DNA of 62,351 nt, filler included, from Dugesia japonica (taxonomy: Eukaryota), in assembly GCA_001938525.1 (NCBI GenBank). It is 5 parts of 5 records of this genome, joined end to end, with 100 filler letters (N's around TTAATTAATTAA, not from the genome) between each part and the next. Parts side by side here need not be neighbours in the genome. Positions count along the whole stretch, not along the records: positions 27,395 to 38,594 come from MQRL01618280.1; positions 38,695 to 52,893 come from MQRL01648326.1; 3 more parts are not named here. One strand, 5' to 3'. Numbering within the stretch: the stretch's first letter is position 1; every line of letters starts with the position of its first letter. A program made the position numbers and the translations under genes. Shown piece by piece: positions 36,990 through 50,302 of the stretch. Below the pieces are notes generated by a model, which made no database searches, was not told the origin of the DNA, and saw only the letters and a program-made list of their open reading frames with translations.

Positions 36990-38301
36990 AAGTATGTGTA
37001 CAATGTCAAATGTCACATGAATATGCCAAGAAAGGGAAGATTAAAACAAGAATACTGAAAATAATTGAAAAGGTAAAAGAAGAGCAATTAAACATTTCTG
37101 AGGAAACAGATTTAATGGAGAAAATAAAAATTCTAGATGACAAAATACATGAGANNNNNNNNNNNNNNNNNNNNNNNNNNNNNNNNNNNNNNNNNNNNNN
37201 NNNNNNNNNNNNNNNNNNNNNNNNNNNNNNTGCGAAGAATTTTTGGAGCCAAATACAATAGATAGTTCGTAGTTGTGAAATTTGTCAGAAGACTAAAGTA
37301 GTAACGACAGCAACTAAAGAGAAGACATAGATTAGGAGCTACCAATTTATTTGAAGTCATATTCACAGATATATGTAAGCGAAAACGGGAAACAAGTGGA
37401 CGGAAAAAATACATTCTTGGAATAATCTACCAGTTCAGTAAATACCTGCTTCTTATAGCATTGACTAGACAAGACGAGGAAACATAACAAAAAGTTATTT
37501 TTGAAAAGTGGATANNNNNNNNNNNNNNNNNNNNNNNNNNNNNNNNNNNNNNNNNNNNNNNNNNNNNNNNNNNNAAGACTAGATTGTGGAAAAGCCTTTG
37601 AATCCAGAGTTACGATAGAGTTTGCACTGAAGCTAGATATTAAACTTTGTTTTTCGGGTCCCTATCATCATAATGCTAACGAACAAATTGAAAGACAGTT
37701 CAAGACAATTGAAGATTTTATTAATCCAACACTTCAGGAAAGAAAGACAACATATTGACAGATGTTTTACCGGAAATAGAATTTACAATGAACGCAACAA
37801 AGCAGAAGACGACTGGAAAGAGGCCGGCTGAGATCGTATTTGGAAAGAAAATTAGAGGAGAAAAGTGGTACGAGTCAGACGTTTCAGATAGACCTATAGA
37901 AAACACTTCAGACATGATTACTACCAGAGAATACAAAGGGGGAGATTTTGTATTCATCAAGGTAAAAACAAAAAATAAAAGTAAAAACGGATTTGAAGGA
38001 CCTTATCGAATAATTGAAAAAATTCATGAAAGACGGTATGCTGTACAAGGAGAAAATGGACAGCGATTAGAAAGAAATGTGGAAAACTGAGAAGTTTCTT
38101 AAGTAGGGGGATATAAGAAAATAATTATTAATTAACAATTTCAGCCAATAGAAAGTGATTAAATTGAATATTAAGATTTAATTAATTTTAATCAATTACA
38201 ATTATCTTATCAAATATCTGTTTTAGTAGTGAAATAAATGATATCTAAAAATATTAGCTGTGATTTGGAAAATGAATTATCAATTGAAGATTTACCTAAC
38301 A
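36990..38301 (+). mobile_element. Ty3/Gypsy 3' fragment (integrase, PPT, LTR 38112-38301) nested in the Maverick
   Basis: VRSCEICQKTK zinc-binding end, RLDCGKAFES, PYHHNAN, FEGPYRII, PPT aagtaggggga. Same family as 16368-17118. Confidence 0.9.
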
Positions 38302-38557
38302 CTCATCAAATATCACACACAACTAATTTAACAAAATTTACATTATAACACCTCTTTTTATATTTATTTCTCTCTTTTTTACTTTAATTTTTACAAATAT
38401 AACCAACTTATCAAATAACCAACATCTTATCATCAAAAAACACCTTACAAATCAACAAAACACCTCTTAAAAAAACACCAAAAAATACCTCATTAAAGCA
38501 ACCTATTTTTACTCTTTCAAGTGTCCACCTCACCCCTTTGAGTCTAACACGTCATTT

Positions 38558-38594
<37 letters not shown>

Positions 38595-38991
38595 NNNNNN
38601 NNNNNNNNNNNNNNNNNNNNNNNNNNNNNNNNNNNNNNTTAATTAATTAANNNNNNNNNNNNNNNNNNNNNNNNNNNNNNNNNNNNNNNNNNNNAATTTG
38701 ATTGCATAAGCATCATATTGGAAAGTGATGGAAATTAATTAAACGGGTTCTAGACGACTTAATAGCAGAGAATCGCAACTTTCATTTTCGTTTGCTAAAA
38801 ATAGAGCAATTGTTTGGATAGAATCTTGTCTTGCGAAATATTTAAATATTTTGATATTTAAATATGATACAAACGAACANNNNNNNNNNNNNNNNNNNNN
38901 NNNNNNNNNNNNNNNNNNNNNNNNNNNNNNNNNAATTATTGCGTGAATAATTGTTGGACTCAACCATTGATCATTTATCAGAATCCATTTA

Positions 38992-39095
38992 AAAAAAGCT
39001 TAGATCAAAATTTGTTTTTTTTTGGATTTTGAAAATAATAAAATAAAGAATTATTTTCAAAATCCAAAAATAAAAAATTTTGATCTAAGCTTTTA
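38992..39095. repeat. Fold-back palindrome of the pLTR-like repeat
   Basis: aaaaagcttagatcaaaattt...ttggattttgaaaataat pairs with attattttcaaaatccaa...aaattttgatctaagcttttt. Confidence 0.8.
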
Positions 39096-39479
39096 TTTTA
39101 AAAAAAATATGTCAATTTTTAAAAATTCAAAATTGTGTATTTCAGAAAATTAGTTTTTAAAAAATAGAATATACATTTTTAACCTTTTTTTACATCGTAG
39201 CATGTAGTTAAAATGATCTAGTCTGTATTCTAACATAAAATAATTATTTATAATTATTTATAATGATTTTTCAATAATTTAAAAAAATTCGGTAAAATAA
39301 ATATAAATGTACTTAAATATATTTGGTGTTCAAATAAGATTTTGCCGATTTTTCAAATTTGCATTTCATCAAATAATTTATTATTTTTTCCTTAAGATAA
39401 CGTTAAGGATTGAATATATTGCTATAAAATCAATCATGTATTTTTATATTTAAAATATTATAATATCATATTTGAAATT

Positions 39480-40100
39480 TTTATTAGTTAAATTGGTAGA
39501 CAGAAAATAAATTATTGTTCTTGCTTTTTATTTGCATTTTAGCTTTGGTCTAATACCACAAAGACCTGTTAAAACATTGGTTTTGAATTTGAAGAATATG
39601 CAATAAAGAAAAGAACTGCTTGTAATTGGTTCAAAATATTACTTCCAGTGATGAGTATCTGGAAGATGCCCCGAGATTTGGGAAACCAGTTTCCATAAGC
39701 AATAATGATCGAATCGAGTCTAATATGCCAGAAACTTGGTTTGGTATTTAATGTCAACAAAGAAACAATGTGATTGCATATGGATCATATTGGAAAGAGA
39801 TGGAAATTAAGAAAACGCGTTCTACATGACTTAACAGCAGAGAATAGATTCGAAAATGCAACTTTTATTTTAGCAAAAAATAGAGCCATTTTTTTGATAG
39901 AATCTTGACTTGCGACGAAAGTTGGATAATATATTCAAATCGCAAGAAAACGAATTATTAGTTATATTCTACGAATGAGGCCTGGACACAAATTCCAAAG
40001 GCTAGACTATTCTGCAATAGACTTTTACTGTGTGTTTGGTGGAGTTTCTAAAAACTAAAGAAACAATTATCACCGACATCTATAGTGCTCAATTAGAAAA
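39480..40100 (+). mobile_element. mariner transposase fragment (related piece at 38695-38879)
   Basis: LHDLTAENR...FFDRILTCDESWIIYSNRK...LLCVWWS...ETIITDIYSAQLE. Confidence 0.75.
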
Positions 40101-40215
40101 TTATTATTATTATTANNNNNNNNNNNNNNNNNNNNNNNNNNNNNNNNNNNNNNNNNNNNNNNNNNNNNNNNNNNNNNNNNNNNNNNNNNNNNNNNNNNNN
40201 NNNNNNNNNNNNNNN

Positions 40216-40264
<49 letters not shown>

Positions 40265-43200
40265 GTTATTATTATTATTATTAATATTTCATAAATTTTA
40301 ATTATTATCTGAAGAAATTATTGAATTTGATGAAAATATTTCTGTTTGGAGAAATTAACATTAATCTGCCTTTTCTTGATGGGAAATAATGTAATCCGTA
40401 TTATTACGGTGAAATGTCTAATTAATCCAAATCTTAATTTGGTAATTTTTTGGATGTTTTTATTTAAACTTTGCTTTTCGATTTACAAAATGAGCTTTCA
40501 TTTTAATGTTAAATTTTTCAATAATTTCATTAAAGAATAATAATATTAAAGATAATGATTTAATAAGTTGTAATTAAAATAATTATATTGATAAAAATTA
40601 ATAATTAATTTATAATTAATGAATTATATTATTATTATTATTAATAATAATTATTATTATAGCAATAATAGTATAAAGAAAATAAAAAATAAATAATAAC
40701 AAAACATTAAAATTAACAATTTTTAAAACAATGATTATTAATTTTAAAAGTTAATAAAATAGAATTATAATATAATATTAAAAAAATTTAAAAAATAAAC
40801 ATTACATATAAGAAAACAAGTTAAGAAGAATGATTTATGACCAAAAATTATAATATTAAAAATTATAATTATAATAATTTTATCAAAATTTTATTAAAAA
40901 TTTTACGAAAGGAATTATAAAACGTATAATTATAAAAAAACAAGTAGTAAAAGAATACAATATGAATAAATGAATGAATAATATAATTATATTATGCATT
41001 AATCTATATAATAAGAAATGTTGTATGATGAAATGAAGTGTCGAGGATGTTCTTTCTGCTCAAAAACACAAAATGAATTCACTCGTAATTAAAAAACCTC
41101 CTCAAATTATGCATTTACTCTAGCAACGATTAATTACAATTTTTTTTGATATTATTAACNGTAAACATAAAATAAATGGCAAATAAGCCAAAAAAAATCT
41201 AATTTAAATATTGATACGAGTAAAGTCTTGGTGATTGGATAATTTGAAGGAATTGGATAATTAATAAAAGAATTAATATTTAAAGAACATATAACCTTAG
41301 CATTAGACCAGTGGTTCTTAACTCTTTTATAGTTAACGAATAAATACGGGTGTGTGATAAATTCCCTTGTTTTTTTTAATACAGAATATACATAAATAAT
41401 AATATTAAAAATAATAATTTAATTTGTTAGTTAATTCGCAAGTTGGTGTTAATTTTAATCAATTTTGTAATTAATGAATTTGAATCAATTTTCAGACATT
41501 TGAAATAAATAATTCCAGGAGGCCGAAAAATTACATAATATAAATGACATCATAATACATTTACTAATTTAAATTTAGAATAAGCACACTTTCGTTCTTT
41601 TTTAAATTAACACAACTAAGTACAACAGATTAAAAAAAATAAAATAATCAAAAATAAAGTTTACAATTATAATACTACTAATTTACAATTACAATTATTG
41701 AGAGATTAATTGTTGGACATAACCATTGATCGTAATTCAGAATTCATTAAAATAAAAACTTCAATAAAAATTTGTCTTTTTGTTTTTGATGATAATACTA
41801 ATTTTCGATTTTTTCTTCACCAGGAATTGTCTTTATTAATATGACTAATTTTTTTTATAATACAAATAATTAAAAAATTCTATTAATCAAAAATCAATAA
41901 ATTAAAACATTCTTTAAGAAATTTTTAATTTTCTCAACATTCTTTTAAATTTACATCACGTTTTCTCTAACTCTATGTAAAGAATAAATATTGACTAGCG
42001 ACTATGTCTTGACTCTTAATTCTAAATACTAACATTCAACTAATTTCGATTATCCAAATTCGATTCTTAATTCCCATATTCATTTATGTGATAGATCATT
42101 AGTTATTTGACCGATTTCTTGTAAATACTTTTCACTGCTGTTGGTGTTTCGTGAAGTCACGAGACTTTTTAAATGATAATTTTAATAATTTTAAAATAAT
42201 GAACAGATCAGATTTATCAATTCGCTACGTTTCATTGGTTCTGACTTTTTATTTTAAATACGTTTTTTCTTTTAGTTTATTATTCTTTTTTTGAATACTG
42301 TATGTGTTGATAGAATTTGGCTTGTTTCAAAGCAAAATATTCATCAACATTTTCTGGCACCACTTGGGCTTGTACACTAGTACGAACAATTAGCGATTTT
42401 TCATTTTTTGGTTCTACATTTGAGATTGGTATTACATGATTTCATTTCAAAAATTTGTCATCTCTAGCAACAACTGATAAATTTTGATGTTCATCATTAC
42501 AAGTTGAATTGATTACAAATTTATTCATTAAACATAATTTTTCATTCTTAATAAATGTTGGATTACATTAATTTAAATTTATTTTCTTGATTATTTATTT
42601 TATTATTAATTACTATTTTTGAAATTGTTGAATTATCTGGCGATTTCATTCATTTATTAAATATGTTATTTGGAATTTTAACTAACCGATAACTCCTAAT
42701 CGTATGACTACTTTTATTCAATAGTCATACTAATACATAGTATGACCATTTTTATAATAATTCTTAAATTTTAAATCCAAATAGTATGACCAAATTTTAT
42801 GAAAATTCAAAAAAAAACTATTTTAATAATAGTTATATTTTGTAAACGTGATGAATCAACATAATAAACATTATTAACTTGTTCATCAGACTTTATATTT
42901 TTTAATAGATTTTTTTGAATGGATTAATAATAATTAATTATAATTATGTTTATAATAAATATGATGATAATAATTATTTTGAATTTTAATTCACTTGCTG
43001 ATTCTTTGATCATTTTCACAATTAAATGACTTTTCTATGCAGTACAATATTCTTATTTTCTGAATAACAAGGAAAGAATAACAACGTGTAAATATGGTGT
43101 TTTTTGTAAACATGCTTGATATCTCATTTGATGCATGTAAACTCAAACTTTCTTTAGGTGTGTTACTTTGTTTAATGTATCACACACTCGATAGCTAATA

Positions 43201-44559
43201 GTGGTAATGTTGAACCACTATTACCAGTTTGTAATTTTCTCATTAATTAATAATTGGTTTTCCAGCTAACCGGTAATGTTTTTTATAATACATTTCCAAA
43301 TATTTCAGCTGATTTATTTAGTTAAATATGCTCACAATTGATCAATACAAAATATACAACAAAAATCAGTAATTAACTATAAGTCTACGAAGATAGTTTT
43401 CATTCTTTTCTAAAAAAGAATAAAACTTTACTTAGATCTTATTAATAAGTAATTCGGTTTCCAACATTTGATAATGACAAAATCGATTAAATTAAAATCC
43501 ATAAAGTTTAAAAATACGTCTTAAAACTATTAAACGCTTATTTGCATTAAAAACACTAATTTGTAAATTGCTTACGTATTTTGTTTTAAAGTGATTCGAT
43601 TGGTTCTATTTAAAATGTATTTTAAATTACACTTGATTGTAGAAAACTAGTTTTTAAATGAAAAATGAAAATGTAGATAACAATACATTTTAAATAAACC
43701 GAAAACCTTTGTTAATTTTTTTAATTCTTAATTAGAAAATTAAATACGTTTTTTTTATTTTCATAAACAAAATAAATATCAAATTAGGGAAAAATGAAAA
43801 TTACTGTAATACTTCCATTAAATGGATTAATTACCTGAACCACTATAATTACTTCAAATAATAATGCTCTATTTAACAAAAAAATAAAATTTTTAATATA
43901 GGCTTATAATTGATAAACAAATTAGATTTCTCTTTAATTAAAAATGTCTGTCTGTGTTGTTTTTATAATTTAGTATCGATACAATTTAAAATTATTTATC
44001 TTTCAAAGAAAAACAGTTCAAAAATAATATAATATTGAATTTTCTTTTACCGGATTAATAAAAATTATAATTAAATGTAAAGAAGAGTGACAGAAATTTC
44101 ATTGACTTAAACCATGGGTGATCAACACGAGGCCCGCGGGCCGCCTTGAACATTTTAATCACAGATTCATCACACTTTTACAAAATATATATTCCGGTAT
44201 ATATTTTCAATAATATATATATTTTTAATTTCATTTTTAGTGTAATATATTTATTTTACAATGTGCGTTTAATATCATTATTATTATTATTATTATATTA
44301 TCTTTTAATATAAAAGCTAAATGTTAAAAAGAAATTAATAGAAAAGTAGAGTTTGTTACATGTACTAATCAAACCCTGGATTTGTCCGTTTACACGTGGG
44401 TTCAGTGGGTATCAATCCTGTTACTTTTATTTAGAGTACTAGACTGCCTTTATGCATTTTTTCGTTTTTCATTGATCGATGATACATTCTGACCTCAGCA
44501 ACTTTTTAAAGCCTGAGTGTTATAAATAAAATTCTCAAACATTTAAAATTCTTTGAAAG

Positions 44560-46215
44560 CTTTGACTAGCGAAGAGGAAAAAACATGCATCAGATCAGAA
44601 ACTGGTTTCCTACTTGGTGTGTTGCAATACTGAAACTTTTCAAGAATTAATGACCAAAGTATTTTGAAGATTGAGAGGAATGATGGTATACATGGATGAT
44701 ATATTGATATTTTCAGAAAATTTAAAGTAGCACTACAATATCCTAAATCATGTTTTTAAAAGAATTCAAGAATCAGGATTGAGAATTAATCCAGGAAAAT
44801 ATCATTTATTGCGAGTAGAAATCAAATATTTAGAACATGTCATAGACAAGAATGGAGTTCGAGCTGATCCAATAAATATTGAAGCAATAAAATATTTTGG
44901 AAGACCTAAATAAGTGAAGAACTTGAGAAACCTTTTGGAAATATGCAATTACTATAGACAGTTTATCAATAATTACTCAAAGAAAGCTAGACGCTTGAAA
45001 GAACTATGTAGAAGTAATAATACAAAACTAGTGTGGCCTGAAAGTGGCGATAAAGCTTTTAATGAGATGGAAGAGACATTAACAGAAGCACAGATATTGA
45101 GTTTTCTAGATATCAAAAAGATGTTTGTACTAGATATATATGCAAGTTTTGATGCCATCGGAGCAGTTTTACTACAAGTAGATGAAAGAAGTTCTGTACA
45201 AGTCATTGCATTTGAGTCACATGCAATGTCAGCTCATGAAAAAGGATATTATATAAAAAAGAATTATTGGCTATTTACTATTTATGTAACNATTTTAAAC
45301 ATTATTTGTATGGAAAAAGACTTTTGGTGAGAACAGATCACAAGGCGATATCATTTATGAAAAAGATACACAAGCCAATTACTCCGCAATTCCAGACTTG
45401 GATAGATTTTCTTAGTAGCCTAGATATGGTTTTGGAATTTAGACAAGGTGTGAAACATACAAATGCAGATATGGTGTTGACAATGAATTATATACGTGTG
45501 TACAATTCTTAAGAGATCATGAGAATCCAAACGAAGGAAAAATAAAAACAAGAACAATTAATGATATATCAGGTTCAGATACATATAAATGGCCAAATAA
45601 CGTAGAAGAAATTGACCAGATAAAGAATGATACAAAAACTGAAACATGCAAAAAGTTTCCTTTATAGAAAATATAATAAAAATCACAAACGGAAACATAT
45701 GGATCCCGACAGAAAAGAAAATTCAAATGGTACAAGAAATGCATAATTTATTTGTGCACGCAGGCTCGAAAAAAGTGATAAATTATTTGGAAAATGAATA
45801 TGATATTGAAAATTGGAGAGAAACTGTGTCAAAAGTAATTAAAGAATGTACAGCGTGCCAAATGAACAAATTAACAACAGTTAGAACAAATGAGGAAACT
45901 ATAAAATTAAAGACTAATGAACCATGTGAGAGTATTTATATTGATATCTGTGGCCCATTCCAAGAAACCTTAGAAAGAAAAAGATATATATGTCCCATAA
46001 TAGATAAATTTAGTAGATACATTTGCTTAACAGCCCTAATTAAACAAGATGAGTGATCAAAAAGAAAACGATGATGAATAAATGAATAGTGAGATTTGGT
46101 GCTTCTAATGATTGTGGGAAAATCTTTGAATCGGAAGTCTTCAAAGAGATGACAGATTCAATGAAAATAACGTTTCGTTTTTCAAGTCCATATCATGATA
46201 ATACAAACGGAATAT
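44560..46215 (+). mobile_element. Ty3/Gypsy pol fragment (RT, RNase H, integrase), decayed
   Basis: VYMDDILIFS; FVLDIYASFDAIGAVLLQ; HYLYGKRLLVRTDHKA; MHNLFVHAG...CTACQMNK; IDICGPF; SPYHDNTNG. Confidence 0.92.
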
Positions 46216-46600
46216 TGATCTATTGATTTTAACAATAAATTAGGTTTTTCACCGAAATTATTTGAATTATCCAATTTAAATTTCATTTTCATAATTCCAT
46301 ATGAAATTTCTTTGATAAATTATTTACTATTTATTCGTGATTTACAAATAATCAAAATTGCTAAATGACTCTTATTAAGTTATAAAATTATTTTTGTGGA
46401 AATTCTTTTCCAGCTAATTTATTGAAGAATTTAAACAAAATAAAAAATAATTAATCAGGAATAAAAATAAATTACTTTTATTTCAAAAAATTTATTTATT
46501 AAAATATCTTTGTTAGAAGATTTGTATTCAAAACTAGTTTCTATAACGATTTTTTTAAAAAATAAAACTATACATATAAATTTGTTTTATTAAAAAAAGT

Positions 46601-46637
46601 CAATTCCTGACGAAGACAAGGTCGAAATATCGAATTG
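46601..46637 (+). ncRNA. Minimal type I hammerhead ribozyme, apparently intact
   Basis: caattc CTGACGA a gac-aag-gtc GAAA ta TC^gaattg: perfect 6-bp stem I, 3-bp stem II, ATAT palindrome in place of stem III, predicted cut after 46631. Confidence 0.82.
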
Positions 46638-47624
46638 TTATCCAATATCAATAATTTTCATCTAAGCTTTTATATTATATAAATTTGTTTTATTCAAACA
46701 AATAAAAAAATTTATATCTGAAACGATAAAGAAAATATCAGCATTTTAAAAAATATTTTATTAACTTAAAAATTTAAAATACAAGAAAAAATATATTTTT
46801 CCTGAAAATCAGAATTTTTTTATAATTTCACAAATCACAGTAAAATTATCAAAATTTAATAGCTTTCTGAAAATAAATTTTAAAACCCATAAAATTTTCA
46901 AGTTCAGTCTACAAATTATTTTAATGATTCAATTTAAAATATTTAACAAATCTGATTTTAATATAGATTCCGTTTGAAAATGCAAAAAATTTAAATCTGC
47001 TTTTAAAAACTATCTTTCTATTCTTTATTAAAATAATATAAAAAGTAAAAAATATCTGATGAACAAAAAAAGTTAATTAAAATTCCAAATTATATATTTA
47101 ATAAATGGATGAAAGTATTTTACTTGGAAAGCTAAAAAATAAGACTTTCAACAAAACCTTTAAAAATGAGTAAAATACTATCAACACAAAAAATTGTCAA
47201 GCAGTATTCAAAAAAAGAAAAATAAACTAAAACAAAAAACGTATTTTAAATCGGCCCAATTTGATCTGTTCATTATTTGAAAAGTCATAATATCATCTGA
47301 AGTCTCGTAAACTTAACGAAACAAACACCAACATCAGTGAAAAGTATTTTACAATAAATCGGCGAAATAACTAAATTCTATCATCAGCGAATGTGGGAAA
47401 TAAGAAACGAATTTAGACATTACAACTAAAATCTTAAAATTTTTTTATTGTTTTATAAATATAATAATATTAAATAAATAAAAAATATCAAATAATATAA
47501 TATAATATTAATCAAAATAATAATATAATTTTCCAAAAATATTATAATGAATAATTTTACATAAAAATAATTTTATTTGAAAATTCAAAAAACAATCAAA
47601 TAGCAAATATCTTCTAACAATTAA

Positions 47625-47935
47625 TTAAATTGTACAAATATTTTGAAAAACAAATTTAATAAGTAAAATTTATTTTCAATTGTAAAGATCAAAATTGTTG
47701 TTTTTCTATTTTCATAGAGAGTTCAATATTTCGGCTATGCTTTCTTCAGGAAATTTTGAACTCTCTATGAAAATAGAAAAACATTGTTTTTAATATTTGC
47801 AATTGAAAATAAATTTTACTTATTAAATTTGTTTTTCAAATATTTGTTTAATTTACAGATCAATGGAAAAGTTAATTTTTAGATAATGAAATTTTTGAAA
47901 TGAAAACTTTAAAAATTTTAATTTCTGAAATGAAA
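47625..47935. mobile_element. Inverted pLTR-like pair with arms of about 100 bp and a minus-strand hammerhead (47721-47753) at the centre
   Basis: 47625-47726 is inverted relative to 47756-47855. The minus strand reads ttc CTGAAGA aagc-ata-gcc GAAA ta TT^gaac. Confidence 0.75.
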
Positions 47936-48253
47936 TAAATTAAATTGTATTAAAATCAATTTATAATAATTACTAATTAATTATTGAATAAATTTGTAAT
48001 GTAATATAGTAAATATTAAAAACTGTGGTATTAATATCAGGGGTTAAGCCCACAAACTCTACATTTAAAAGATCTTCTTTCTCAGGCAATATTTATTAAT
48101 ATTAAAAATATTGATTAGATTACGATATAAATTTCTAAAAACTATGAAATTCAAAATAAAAAAGATAATATACAATTTTATTATATTATACAATATATAT
48201 ATATATAAATATATATAAAATGTCAAATTTTTTATTTATTGTTTTTTGGAGAT

Positions 48254-48290
48254 TGATTCGATATTTCGATTTTGTCTTCGTCAGGAATTG
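48254..48290 (-). ncRNA. Minimal hammerhead motif, same family as 46601-46637
   Basis: caattc CTGACGA a gac-aaa-atc GAAA ta TC gaatc, with one stem II mismatch. Confidence 0.65.
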
Positions 48291-49173
48291 ACATTTTATT
48301 TTAAATATATATATATAATATCATGCGGTTATTATATAATAATCTTATTATATATTATATAAAAAAGAAAAACAAAAATCGATTTACCAAAAAATAAAAA
48401 AACTGTAATTTTAAAAATCTTATGTATTCAAATACCGCTTCGTAAATATAGGTTCTCAATAAAATCAAGTAACCTATTGAAATTATTTACCAAATCTAAA
48501 AGAATTTCCACAATACTTTTTAAAAACTCACTAAACACAATATTTTAATAACTGTTATATAATTTAAAGTAAAAAAAGCCATACTAAATTAATTTACATA
48601 ATTTATTTACATAACCTAAAAAATTCGATTATCACATATTTCCTCATATGATCTATTCATAAATTATTCACGCATGATTCATTTCCACTAATCTTTAAAA
48701 TTTAACTGATAAATTATAATATTGCAAACATTATATATATATATATATATATAAACAAACAATGAAACAAATTAGCTATCATTTGCATATCAGATTATTT
48801 GTGGAATATAATTTAAATCTTTTGTCTTAGAAATAATAAAAATAACGATAAATTTGCAGAAAAACTTTCCCACAATAATTAATTTCAATTTTTTAGAAAA
48901 TTATTTTGTAGTATTATTAAAACCGTTAATTAAATTCAGAAGATTTTTATAGTTTACAAATTCATGTGCTTGAGTCACTTTTATTTATTTATGATGTTGA
49001 AGTAGTACAGGAGGAAATACAAATAAGATCTATTTACTCTAAGCTAATAAACTTTCAGATAAATTAAACATTTTTTGTAACGATTTTTTTTCCAAAGACA
49101 TTAAAATAATTAAGTTTTATTAAAAAATAATTGGATACTAAATATAAATATTATATAACAAATTATAGATATA

Positions 49174-50287
49174 TTAAGTTGAGTCATAAATAACTTTTTT
49201 TAATAAGACTTTTATTATATTATAATAAAATATAAAAAGTACATTAATGTTTTATATAATTAGCATTATTGAGTATAGATTTTCCTCATCTTCCCGGTAA
49301 CTTTTCAATTCCTGCCCATAAAACTTGTTGGCTTTTGACTCGAAAGAATTTTTGATAACTTCATTGATTTCTTGGTCGGTTTTGATCATTATCCCATTCA
49401 AACAGTTCTGTAAGAATCGGTAAAATGCTAAACAGTCAGGGCAAGGTCCAAGGAGTAAGGTGGATATTGAGTCACGTTTGCTGCATATGGTTTGGTATTG
49501 CGATTCACCAGAGATGGATGTTTTTCTTGAAATTTATTTTTTTTATATTTATCTCTTTTCAGTTTCTGAACATATTTATCTGTAGTAATTTTTTAATTAC
49601 AATTTTAACCCCTTAACAACCCCACCTTACAGACAATAACATTTTCTTTCCATGTTTGTTTGGTTTTGGATCTGTTAAAGGTTATTCATCTTTATAAAGC
49701 CATTGTCTTTTTCAAACAATATTTCTTTATGTTATAATTCTGTCTAAAAAGGCTCAGGTTTTTTGGCCGTGAGATAAGAGTTGTAGAAATTGAGATCTAC
49801 TTTGCTTATTTAGATTTACTGACTTTCCTACATTTTTTATGTTTGTGACACACACTTCATTGGAATGTATTAAGCCTCAAAGTCAAGTCCCTTGTTGTTT
49901 CTTGTGGATTCTGTTCCGATATTGCCTTTAAAGTGTTGTCATTAGAGTCGGAATAAAAACTCGTCCTTGGTTCATATAATAAGGACTCATTCCCATAACT
50001 AGATTTAACAATCAAAATTCTAATATTAAACATTTAAAGTAAAGATTAATTACTTTTTCAGCAGTCACTGCAGCACTATAACCTTGTTTGAACCCCCAAA
50101 GCATTGCACTTTAAGTTCACCATTCTAAATATTTAAAGAACGATTTAATTTTTCAAACAACACACCAGCCAGTTGTCTAATGACAAACAAAACACTTTTT
50201 CATAAAATAATCATTTGTCATGTAAAAAAAAGACTAATGAATATATACTTTATATATCCACCGGAAATTATTTATGACTCAACATAA
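49174..50287 (-). mobile_element. mariner element with TIRs, transposase decayed
   Basis: TIRs ttaagttgagtcataaataa and ttatttatgactcaacataa, TA on the left flank, QYPPYSLDLAP (YSPDLAP motif). Confidence 0.85.
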
Positions 50288-50302
50288 CGTGTTAAATTGC
50301 TA

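Larger units (their letters stand above)
32410..38565 (+). mobile_element. Maverick/Polinton derivative (about 6.2 kb) with TIRs of about 220-250 bp
   Basis: Left end AGTAGatataaaatgacg. 32415-32630 is inverted relative to 38302-38562. Contains pPolB, a pX-like peptide and a packaging ATPase, with a nested Gypsy fragment. Confidence 0.9.

Noticed and set aside
18613-40284. Poly-Asn, poly-Tyr and poly-Ile ORFs (18613, 29804, 29945, 30045, 40030)
   Set aside because: They are translations of (TAT/ATT/AAT)n microsatellites next to N gaps.
42880-47075. Additional CTGATGA words (about 42885 minus strand, about 47056 plus strand)
   Set aside because: No properly spaced GAAA and no closing stems, so they are not counted as hammerheads.
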